A stretch of DNA of 64,000 nucleotides from Sphaerodactylus townsendi (taxonomy: Eukaryota): NCBI RefSeq assembly GCF_021028975.2, contig NC_059439.1, forward strand, positions 18,848,001-18,912,000, in the 5' to 3' direction. This document shows positions 1 to 9,959 of this stretch, one piece after another. Within the stretch, counting starts at the first letter, position 1. Every line of letters starts with the position of its first letter. Under the pieces are notes generated by a model. It saw only the letters and a list, made by a program, of their open reading frames with translations, had not been told where the DNA came from and did not search any database. The position numbers and the translations under genes were made by a program.

Positions 1-1144
1 TTGGTAGTGGGAAGATGCCCTATGAGAGACCTTTAAGCAACTGGGTTTTTTAAACTCCCTAGGAATCTAGATTGGGTCAGTCTGAAGATCTTTATTCAGT
101 TTTCTTTCTGGTACAAGAGGAGGTTTTGGCTAGAGTATCAAAAGTAGCAGTGTAAGGCTAAATGGAGGACTATAAAGGCTGATGGGTATTGATTATCTGC
201 AGTTTTGCTTTGGGGCACTGTTGACCAGGTGGGAAAGTTAATTTTAAAAAAACCCTTTGTTCACAAAATCTTCACTGCTGACTTCTGAATCCGGGGAAAA
301 GAAATGTTACGTGCTGAGCTTGCCTGCATGGTTAGCAAACGGGGGTGTGGGTGGGGGGTTAGGGTTACCAAACTGTTTGCTACCAAACATCAGCAACAGG
401 ACATTTGACAGCTTAGTATTTCTGGATCTGTAACGGTAAGCTGTCATTCTCTGTTCCTTGAGAGACATGGCTAGTTTGACGTGGTAAGCCTTGGAGCTCT
501 TTTCTCAGCCTCATGAGCCTGTAACCCAAGTCTGGACTGAATTCTGATAATCTGTGGAGTGTGATTTTCAATGAAATCCTAAACAGAGTTGGACCCTTTT
601 CAATCAATTGAACTTAGTTTAGAATTGACACTCCCAGCCACATATTCATTTTTTATAGAGCAGCCTTGCCACAAGGAGAGAGGACCCCCACCCCCCGGTG
701 TCCTTGCATATTTACTTGGATTCCTAGAAAGGTCTTCCTCTAATAAAAATGTGGCAAATCTGAGATACAACCATGGATTTTAAAAATGCCCATTAAATAC
801 CTCACTTCACTTTTTCTTCAATGGCTGTACCTTTCCCTTACACACTGTTACGTTTGGTGACAGCAAGAATTGCAGGAATTCTTCATTTTGTGATGTTTGC
901 CTACAGAAAATGAGTGCATAAGCTCCTCTTTGGAGTCTTTCGGGAGGGTTGCTGGCCTCTCCTACACGGGAGAAGAACTACAGGGTAAATTTCAGTTAAA
1001 AAACCTTTAATTAGGAGCTTAAAATGACAGTAGGAAAGAGCTTAGTTGGTAACATTTTTGAGTCGGTCATAATATTCCTGGATGTTCCAGCTGAGTTTTC
1101 CTGTCACATTAGATGTTACCTACATCCCTTTATCTTCTTGACAG

Positions 1145-1242
1145 CTCCGAGGGGTTCTTAGTTCAGGGCTATTAGTTCAGGGCTGTTATGTTTCTTTGTA
1201 AAGTCTCACAAAGATGAAGGTAAGATGTGAGGGTGGTTTCAG
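1145..1242 (+). other. SNRNP70: Second candidate poison exon in SNRNP70 intron 7
   Basis: Acceptor ccctttatcttcttgacAG; two strong donors AAG|GTAAGA (1220) and CAG|GTAAGC (1243); phase-1 reading (T)CT CCG AGG GGT TCT TAG stops early. Confidence 0.45.
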
Positions 1243-2618
1243 GTAAGCCAGCTGGGACGCTCCCAACCACGGACTGACCTCTTCACTGGAAAAGGCTCAG
1301 CTTCATCTCCTCTGTCCAGTAAAATGGTGAACCTAAGAGTTGGGGGGTCTGCCCCTTGCCAGTCTGGGTCCAGTGTGTGTGTTCTTTGTCTGGAAATTCA
1401 CTTGAAGGTGCTGTGTTTTTAAGAGGAGGTGGTACATCCACATGACCCGACATCCAAACTGGCTGCCTGCTTCTCAGTATGACGGCTGGCTGCATAACCC
1501 AGGATGACATTTTTGCCGTTGGTGATTGGACAAAGGCTGAGAAATCTTTTGGATAAAAAAAAAGCAAGGCAGAGACAGTGGATCAACAGACCACTAGAAA
1601 GTATTTCCTTCTTCCTTCACAGAGAAGCTGCTTTCTGGACTTCTTTTTTTTTAAAACTTGAAGCTTTATCGCTGTGTAATTTTACTTCAGCGTATGAAGT
1701 AAAGCATTTTCAGCCATCACATCTTATAGCCAGTGTGTTTTTTTTCCCCTTCCTCGAGACTTTTGTTTGAAATGGATCACTTCTAAGCTTTTGCTCTGAA
1801 TTAATAATCGTCGCCCACTATGAGAGAAAGTTTTCCTTGGGAAGGGATGGAGCGTTTTGTCTTTCTGCTTGTGTATACCTATATGAGTGAGAAGAAGAAA
1901 AATTCTGCACTCTGCTTTGTGAGCTCACGTTGAAGAGAGAATTTCAGCTCATCTGTTTACTGTCTGTGAGGAGAACGTTTCTGCCTCGTATGCATATGGT
2001 TGACTTTGTGGACCGTATCAGATGGGAGAAAAAAATACTTCCCCTGAATTTTATTTTTTTTAAATATTGGGCATACGTTGCGGTTGCCCCTTTCCTGTTC
2101 CCAGTGCCATGAACTTTAATGTTCATTCTTGAGAGATTCCATCACACATTTTTGAGCTGTTTCAGGCATTTTGATAATAGTATATGGTAGTAATGTTTGG
2201 CTGCCTGAATTTGGTGGTGGATGTGATTTAAAAGGGAAATGAATAGTTCTGAAATTTGTGGGTTTAAAGAACTAGTAGTGCTGCTTGGTTGACCATGGCG
2301 TCTCCTTGTAGGAACTGCCACATCTAGCTGGCTTTGGTACGCTTGGAGGGCGGTGGTGCATGAGAACCATGAGGTTTTTAAGGATCCCCTTCAGTCATAA
2401 ACTGGAACCTAGTTCCTAGTGAAGAACTTGTCCTAGTGGGTGGGTTAGGATGGGGAGGTCTGGGGTGGGGTTGGCAGGGTGGGATCCAAGTGTCCGACCT
2501 CAGCTGCTGAGACAGGTAAGGCAGGGAAGGTCGGCTCAGCAGCTAAAATGCAAAAAAACCAAAATACCGCCCCAGCCGGGGGCGCCCAGGCAGGGGGGAG
2601 CTGCGCCTCGGGCCCCAG

Positions 2619-2687
2619 CGCTAGCAGCCCGATGCAGTGAGTTTGAGGAGTTAAAAGTTTCAATGGTTTTGTAAGTAGTTTCACCAG
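2619..2687 (+). other. SNRNP70: Candidate PTC-containing (poison/decoy) alternative exon in SNRNP70 intron 7
   Basis: ccccAG acceptor followed by three clustered 5' splice sites: GTGAGT (2637), GTAAGT (2671), CAG|GTAAAC (2688); in-frame TAA at 2672-2674 in phase 1; vertebrate SNRNP70 intron 7 is known to carry such regulatory exons. Confidence 0.55.
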
Positions 2688-3396
2688 GTAAACACTTTTA
2701 TTTCCTTTTTACTTGTTAGCTGTGCTCGCCCCACCCCCCTTCCCTTAGCAAGTGGCTTGAGAGCATTCCCCTTCCCTCCCCAAAACCATCTCAGGCATTT
2801 GTAACGGGATGATGGCAGCAAGGGTGGGGTAAAGGCTTAAAGTGGGCTGGGGTCGTTCGGGGAGGGGTGCCAGCCAGTTCCCAGAGTGTTCTTGGAGTCT
2901 TTTGTACGTACTACCCTTTCCCTCCCAAACTTTTCAGAACCCTGTAATAACGCTGGGAATTTCTATCTCCCTATTCACCCTTTTTGATTTTTGACCAGTC
3001 TTGGGCATGACCAGTCTTGGGACTGGCTGGTTGGGGATGCCACTGAAGGGACAGCAGAGCCTGGCCTCCTTTGGGCTGGGGTGGAGGGCTCTCTCATCCA
3101 TACCCAGCCTTTTCCCTCTGGGCCAGTGACGTATGTAGTGTGAGTGTCTTGATTGCTCAATAACCTTCCTTTCTTTTTGCAGCAGAGGCCAGGGGGAGGG
3201 TGGCATTACAGGGCGGTGAGGGGGTTGCTCCACAGCTCTAGGGATTGAGGCCCGTAAAGCATGGCCTTGCGACTGCCGTGTTCAGGCAGTCCGGCAAGTG
3301 TGCTGGCTGTGTTCCCCCTCTCCGCAGTTGTGTGGGTTTTGTCCCACCTGCTTAAATCAAGGCAAGCTTTGCAGTGTCTATTTGCTTCCCATAGAG

Positions 3397-3508
3397 CACA
3401 GGTGTCAAACTCGTGGCCCTCCAGATGTTATGGACTGCAGTTCCCATCATGGTGGGATTATGGGAACTGTAGTTCATAACCTGGAGGGCCACGAGTTTGA
3501 CACCTGTG
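3397..3508. mobile_element. Palindromic hAT-type MITE (ACTACA.TTCCCA family)
   Basis: TIR CACAGGTGTCAAACTCG; perfect 8-bp TSD CCATAGAG. Confidence 0.9.
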
Positions 3509-3707
3509 CCATAGAGGTTAAGGCAACTCCTCCCATGCAGATGTGGAGCAATTCCTCACCTCAGGGGCACTGGGACCATAAAAACCGCCTCCCCCTGTGT
3601 GTGGTATGTGTCTTTGGGGGAGGGTGGGCTTGTTTCATGCCCTATGGATAATGGCAACCCCCTTTGCCCTCCTTCTGTCCCTGGATACCCCTCCTAATCT
3701 GTTGCAG

Positions 3708-3809
3708 CGGCATACAAGCACGCCGACGGGAAAAAAATTGATGGCAGGAGGGTTCTGGTGGATGTGGAGAGAGGCCGGACGGTGAAAGGATGGCGTCCAC
3801 GCAGGCTTG
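3708..3809 (+). CDS. SNRNP70: U1 snRNP 70 kDa protein, internal coding exon (equivalent to human exon 8; end of RRM)
   Basis: ttgcAG acceptor and G|GTAAGT donor; 102 nt; translates (S)[33 protein letters not shown](G), the recognisable U1-70K RRM C-terminus. Confidence 0.98.
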
Positions 3810-4460
3810 GTAAGTATGCGCAAAATCATAAGTTTCTTCACTGTGCGATGGAGGATAATCTGTGGCAGCAGTGGTGTGGGTGATTCCGCCTCTGCAGCTG
3901 CCAATTTCTGGCTGTACCCACCACACTAGGTCAGAATTCCAAAGGTGCCTACAGACTCGGAATGGTTCGCGACACCTGATCTAGAGCATCAGTGGAGTGA
4001 CAATTCATTTCTGTTTTGGAAAAAGCCTTAGTTGTAAAACAGGCAGGTACGGAAAGGCATCATAGCTATGCCTGATCAGTTATTTCCAATTCTGTTTAAA
4101 ATACTGATAGACAAATGATTATACATAGGAGAGCTCAGTTGTAAGAAATGCATGCATATAAAGTATATACAGAAGAAGCCAAGATTGAATATGGTCATTT
4201 CAAAAGTTATGTACAGGGTTTCTACTTAGTACAAATACTTTGCATTTCTATTTATATAATTTGTTCCTATCACATTATTGCCCTCAGCATTATGCCGTAC
4301 CTCCCCTTCCTTAAAGGGGCTTGGTGTATTTACGTTGTAGAAAGAGAACCACTTGCTCTAGACAGAACTGTTTGGAGGAGGCTGTTCCTTCTCATGCAGC
4401 CAGCCACACGGACAGCACACAACTAGATAGAGCTGATATTTCCTTTCCCCACTTTTGCAG

Positions 4461-4548
4461 GTGGCGGTCTTGGTGGCACTCGGCGGGGTGGCGCTGATGT
4501 CAATATCAGACATTCAGGCCGGGACGACACCTCCCGATACGACGAACG
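4461..4548 (+). CDS. SNRNP70: U1-70K coding exon (equivalent to human exon 9)
   Basis: cttttgcAG acceptor and CG|GTAAAT donor; 88 nt; (G)[28 protein letters not shown](R); phase-compatible with both neighbours. Confidence 0.98.
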
Positions 4549-5428
4549 GTAAATTGGGCTGTATTTTTAATGCAGTTATGGCAGGTTGATTAAGGTTGTT
4601 ATCTCTCGATTGTATCTCTCGGCCTCTGTACTTGTTAGCATTGAAGCCGTTGCAGCTCTGACATTGGAGGCAGCAGCAGAATGACTTTAAGAGTTGCTTG
4701 TTTAAAGTTTTCCTCAGCTGCAGCTTTGGGCTACAATCTACAGAAAACCTGCTGTCTCAGCAACTGTCCTGGCATATAACATTTTAAGATTTCTCAGTTA
4801 ACAGCAGAACCTCTGCCTTGGCCCTTTCAAAATGTGCTCAGTGCGATCCAAACTCTGGTAGTTGAATGAATTAAAATGTGTGTGTTATCTGGAGGGTCTA
4901 AAAATTGTTTTAAACTGTCATCTTGGCAAGAAGTATGATTTGTGTTGGGGGTGGGGGGGGCTCGGTTAGGGTCCACGTTGTCCTGTCTCCTACTTCCTGT
5001 CATTATGTCTGTCTTTGAAACCTCTGGATTCTAAGGCAAATTGCTGTTTTTCTTTACTACAGATCCACACTCTGTGCATCAAAGCCTAACTGTTGCAGCT
5101 CATGTTGCAAGTGTTGTGTCTGTCCTAAACTGGTTTGTGCTGTTCTATAAGAGGCATTCACATCACAGTTCTGCTACAACCTTAAACTAAAGTTTAAACG
5201 AGTTTAATTCCAGGAGTCTTTGCAAGTGAGGGTTTCTGCAGCTGTGTCAGATTCCTAACTCTACACAGAACTAGACTTCATGGTTTCCTGAGAGAAGTCA
5301 TGATAGCAAAGCTAATTTGTAGAACAGATGTCTGTAGATAGATACCATCTACGTTTCTTCTTAAACCATATAGCAGCAGAGCCGGGGTGGGCAAGATCAA
5401 CATCCCTTTTTTTCTATCTGGGGTACAG

Positions 5429-6083
5429 GGATCGGGACCGTGAGCGCGAGCGTGAGCGCCGAGACCGCAGCCGAGATCGGGACAAGGAACGGGAACGCCG
5501 TCGCAGCCGATCCCGGGAGCGCCGACGGCGGACACGCAGCCGAGAGAAGGAGGAACGGAAACGCAGCCGGGAACGCAGCAAGGATAAAGACCGGGAACGC
5601 AAACGCCGAAGCCGTTCTCGGGACCGGAAGAGGGACCGGGAACGGGACCGAGAGAAGAAGGAAGAGGTGCCGCCCGAAGTTGCTGAACCTCAGCCTGACG
5701 AGGCCACCCTTGGCGAGTTGGGCATAGACGGGCTGGAGGTGAAGCCTGAAGGGGAAGAAAAGGGCAGAGAAAGGGAAAGGGACAGGGAGAGGGACAGAGA
5801 GAGGGATCGGCGGCGCAGTCACCGTGACAAAGACCGAGACAGAGACCGCGACAGAGAGCGTCGGCGGGACAGGGACAGAGATAGGGACCGTGATCGTGAG
5901 CACAAGCGTGACAGGGGTGAGCGGGCTGGGGAGAAACGGGAAGAGAGAGTGCAGGACAATGGCATGGGAGAGGCTCTGGAGGAAACCAGCCAGGATATGT
6001 TCCTGGACCAAGAATCCGTACAGTCAGCTGATGGCTACTTGTCCACCGAGAACGGCTACATGATGGAACCCCCAATGGAGTGA
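5429..6083 (+). CDS. SNRNP70: U1-70K terminal coding exon: two RD/RE/RS low-complexity blocks separated by an acidic linker
   Basis: Acceptor tttttttctatctggggtacAG at 5428; frame continues from the previous exon into [11 protein letters not shown]...RSRSR...[11 protein letters not shown]; TGA at 6081-6083. Confidence 0.96.
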
Positions 6084-6311
6084 TGAATGGAGACGCTTTC
6101 TTTTCCCATGCGGTCCAGCCCGGTGAGGCTTTGCTTCCCGGGCTTCCTCTAGCCAGCAAGGCTCCAGTAGCCAGTGAAAATTACTGATTTAACTGGTTTT
6201 GTTTAGAAGGGTAAGTCCGTTTCAGTTCCTCCTGTCCAAGTCCATTTCCTCTTAATGTGTAATCTCCCACCAATCCCTTGTGTATTGGAATATTTTTTTC
6301 TTTAAAACCAG

Positions 6312-6317
6312 AATAAA
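6312..6317 (+). terminator. SNRNP70: Proximal polyadenylation signal of SNRNP70
   Basis: AATAAA ~230 nt after the stop, U-rich upstream, GT-rich element (atgtggtgtgtccgtct) downstream. Confidence 0.75.
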
Positions 6318-7471
6318 GTGGTATTAATGTTTTCTCCTCCATGTGGTGTGTCCGTCTCTGGGAAGGGAAGGTAACTTGTTGATGTTGGGTGGTGGGGGGC
6401 ATGCACGGACCCACAAAGAAGTCCTCAGTTGCATTCCATGGTCGAATTTGGTGGGGCCTCTCTTAGAAAAGGATTTCAGTTTATTACAAAATGTTGAAGG
6501 CAGCAGGTAGCACCGCTGGGAAGACAATCCCCCTCCCCACCCTTTCTATGTAAAGGAGGAGTCTTGGGCACAAGGCGGGAAGAGGAGAGTCTGGGCTAGG
6601 GCTAAAAGCACAAACAGGTCCTCAAAGGCATTGCTCTGGGACAATGAGAAAAAGTTGAGCAAGGGGTGTGCCTCAAAAAGCCAAAATTATGAAAGCGAGA
6701 AGAACCAAGGGGAGGGGATCTTTACAAAACAAAGCCACAGTCTGGTGTTGTTGGGAATGAGGGTCCTAACTGGGCAGAAAGGCCAGAGAAGTATGTGTTA
6801 AATAATGTAATAAACTTCCTTTTGCATATCTTGCATGGATTCTTGGTTTTATCAGTCCAAGGACAGGGCCAGAAATTGCTTCTGGCCCTAAAGCTTCGCA
6901 TGACTGTTCAGCTACCTGTGACTTCTCTGGGTTCTGCAAGAATTGCCCAAGCACATGTGTCAAGAAATATGAAAAAGCGGCTCTTGGGAAGCTGGATACC
7001 GCAGCCAGTACTTTGTGCTGTACTTCTGCGGATTCACGGCTCCAGGATTTGTAAACTTGTGACTGAAGCCTGGACTATAGGAAAGATGGAGGTGGAACCG
7101 CTGCAGGAACGAAAGATCGCAAACCCAGAAGCTGAAGTGGCAACAGTTGCTTTGTGGTGACTTCATGGTGGAGACCTGGGAATATTTTGCCGCTTTTGCT
7201 CTAAGCCCCCCTTGCCATGCCAATAAAACCCTATGCCTCATCCTCTTATGTGGTCCATACTACTTCTCTAGTGTGGTTTGTTATGCTTATGGCATCAGCC
7301 TAACATAAGCCTAAGCACGCTTGTGTGCATTTCAGTTGCATTTTTATCCCTATTAAGTATTTAGGATTGTTACCTTTGTAGGATGCAGGGTGTGTGTGCT
7401 CCCCAAAGAATTTTTTGCAAGGGAGTAAGCCAGAACAGTGGCTGGTCCCAAACTGAGATGAGCTCCTAAGT

Positions 7472-7660
7472 CAGTGGTTCTCAACCTTCCTAATGCTGCA
7501 ACGCTTTAATACAGTTCCTCGTGTTGTGGTGACCCCCCAACCCTAACATTTATCCATTTTACAGATGGAGAACACTGATGCAGAGAGTCTTAGGCGACCC
7601 CGGTGAAAGGGTCGTTAGACCCCCCCAAAGGGGTTGCAACCCACAGGTTGAGAACCACTG
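7472..7660 (-). mobile_element. SPIN (Space Invader) hAT non-autonomous element
   Basis: TIR CAGTGGTTCTCAACCT at both ends; SPIN-like subterminal sequences; TSD TCCTAAGT/CCCTAAGT. Confidence 0.85.
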
Positions 7661-8792
7661 CCCTAAGTAATGGGTATAAGAATACCTGCAGCAAAGGCAA
7701 GCTTGGTGAGAAATAGGTGCCGGTTTTCAGGTGCTCCATCCTTCTGGGTCTTGTTTAAGCCGTTTCTGTTGCTGTTTTCCCCCCCTTAAAAGCAAGATCA
7801 CTTCTTGTAGCATGTACTGGGTTCCTGGATTGTTACTGGAGTGAATTCTCCGTAGAAACTAAACTGAGATTATTGTACTTTTGATCACGAGACAAGAGTC
7901 ACCGGAAAAGACAATATTGCTAGGAAATGAGGGAGACCTGGCATGAGGTGGGTTGATTCTATAAAGGAAGCCACAGCCATCAGATTTCAAGTTGGACCCA
8001 ATTAATGATAAAAGATTTTAGAGATTAATTCATAGGGTTGCCATGAGACTTCATCACACTTAGCACACACACACAAAGAAACAAGACATGGTCATGTTTT
8101 GTAAAGATTGTCTACAGAAGCCTTTTGGACTGCCAGCTTTTCAAACCTAAGCAGTCACAGTTCCAGAGCTATGGAAAGTCTCAGCAACTGAAATACGAAG
8201 CTACATTTTCAGAGGGGTGAAAAGCTTTCCACGATATCCTAAATCAGACCTGATCCTGGATTTAATCTCTGCTTCCTGTGAACCTGGATGTTCGTTTGCT
8301 ATGTAATAGTTGGATTTAGCTGCCTTTTTAGCCCATTCTCATGCTTCTTGCACCATTCATGCAGGTCCCACACACCCCATCGTAGTCTTTTTGATTGCCA
8401 GAGGCCTCCCTCCCTTTTTCACTAGTGGAAAAACTAGTTCTATCCCACATAATGCCTAGAAATGTGAAGAAACATTACCATATATATTAAAAACAAAGAT
8501 TTATATCTTGTTTGTATAGTGCGTTTTTTAAAAAAGCTTCCCAAAGAGAGAAAGAACCAGATAGTTCCCACCATTCTCAAACGGCACAACTGCTTCTTTT
8601 CAAGACCTTTGGGGAAAACAGCAAAGGTTTACTCCTGTTTAAGATTTTGTGACCTGGAGTCAGTATCTTCAGATGCAAAACAATAACGCTCTGTTGGGCA
8701 AACTCTGAACACTTGCTTGTGGGTTCCTCCCATCGAAGCCTGTGTTCCGGAATCACATTGCAACTAGAGGAAGCCATTTCCTACTTCTAGAT

Positions 8793-8906
8793 CACAGGTG
8801 TCAAACTCGCCGCCCTCCAGATGTTATGGACTACATTTCCCATCATGCGGGGATGATGGGAACTGTAGTCCATAACATGTGGAGGGCCACGAGTTTGACA
8901 CCTATG
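8793..8906. mobile_element. Palindromic hAT-type MITE (same family as 3397)
   Basis: TIRs; perfect TSD TTCTAGAT. Confidence 0.9.
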
Positions 8907-9055
8907 TTCTAGATACTTAACCCTTTGAACAAGTGGGAATGATGTTCTCAACCCTTATTCCTTTCCATAGGACTTCCTTTCCTTCCTTTTAAGTGACCAG
9001 CACGTGTTCTGGCTACACTGCCTCTGGACTGAGGCACAGGACAGTGCATCCGTGG

Positions 9056-9251
9056 CAGGGGTTCTTAACCTGTGGGTCGCGACCCCTTTGGGGGTTGAAC
9101 GACCCTTTCACAGGGGCTGCCTAGGACCATAGGAAAACACCTATTTCCCATGGTCTTGGGAACCGAGACACAAATAATTTCACAGCTGGAGGTCACCACA
9201 TGAGGAACTGTATTAAAGTGTTGCGGCATTAGGAAGGTTTGAGAACCACTG
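9056..9251 (+). mobile_element. SPIN non-autonomous element inserted in the head of a SINE
   Basis: CAGGGGTTCTTAACCTGTGGGTCGCGACCCCTTTGGGGG...GAGAACCACTG; TSD ATCCGTGG/ATCTATGG; SINE sequence resumes at ~9255. Confidence 0.85.
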
Positions 9252-9254
9252 ATC

Positions 9255-9575
9255 TATGGTGAAGCGGTCAAGACACTTCATTAATCTGGAGAACCTGGTT
9301 TGATTCCCCACTCCTTATGAGCAGCGGACTTGATCTTGTGAACTGGATTTGCTTCCCCTTACACCCCTGCTGGGTGACCTTCAGAGCTCTCAGCCTCACC
9401 TAACGCACAAGATACTACTTGGGGGTCTAGAAAGGGAAAAGAGTCTCCTTTGGAGGTTTTTAAACAGAGGCTGGATGATCATATGTCAGGAGTGCTTTGA
9501 TTGTGTGTTCCTGCACGGCAGGGGGTTGGGCTGGATGGCCCTTGGGGGTCTCTTCCAACTCTATGATTCTATGAG
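9255..9575 (+). mobile_element. Truncated Squam3-like SINE followed by a CR1 3' end
   Basis: AATCTGGAGAACCTGGTTTGATTCCCCACTCC B-box region; CR1-type tail CTTCCAACTCTATGATTCTATGA. Confidence 0.65.
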
Positions 9576-9679
9576 TTGGTGAGCCGCCTTGAGCCTCCTG
9601 ACAGGAGAGAAAGGCGGGCTGCAAAGCCAAACTCCTTTTTTTGGGGTCACTCCTATTGGAACGAATCCTTTTCCATCTA

Positions 9680-9922
9680 GGCTGCTCCTCGATCGCGTAC
9701 CCCCCGCCTTTCGTAGGCTGCACCCTAGCATGGATTTCTTCTCCTCCCTAGACCTAGATCAGGCGCGGGAGGCAGAGCAGTTGTACGCACGTGCGCAGCC
9801 ACAGCAGCAGCAGCAGCAGCAGCCCCGGGGGCTGGGTTGCGTGTCAGTTTGCAAATCCAGTTCCGCTCTCCTCCTCCTCCTCCTCCCTGCTTTGACGCGA
9901 GAGACGGGGCTTGGCAGGGAAG
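9680..9922 (+). promoter_or_regulatory. LIN7B: LIN7B promoter/5' UTR, CpG-rich, with an E-box/NRF1-like palindrome and a (CAG)7 run
   Basis: CpG cluster directly upstream of the ATG; GTACGCACGTGCGCAG at ~9783; CAG repeat at ~9802-9822. Confidence 0.65.
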
Positions 9923-9959
9923 ATGGCAGCGCTGGCGGAGCCTCTGGGGCTGGAGAAAG
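9923..9959 (+). CDS. LIN7B: Protein lin-7 homolog B (MALS-2/Veli-2) exon 1
   Basis: aagATGG Kozak context; MAALAEPLGLEK; AAG|GTACGA donor; 37 nt. Confidence 0.96.

Noticed and set aside
4398-4420. RE1/REST-like CAGCCACACGGACAGCAC
   Set aside because: Left half-site (CAGCACC) is scrambled; a half-site alone is not supportable
5328-5428. N-terminal part of the 251-aa ORF (MSVDRYH...)
   Set aside because: Intronic read-through upstream of the true acceptor at 5428
5278-6159. Long minus-strand ORFs (293 aa, 204 aa) and other alternative-frame ORFs
   Set aside because: Shadows of the repetitive, purine-rich SNRNP70 last exon
7883-7892. GATCACGAG resembling the U1 stem-loop I loop bound by U1-70K
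   Set aside because: Only an 8-nt match, no convincing stem, and downstream of both candidate poly(A) signals
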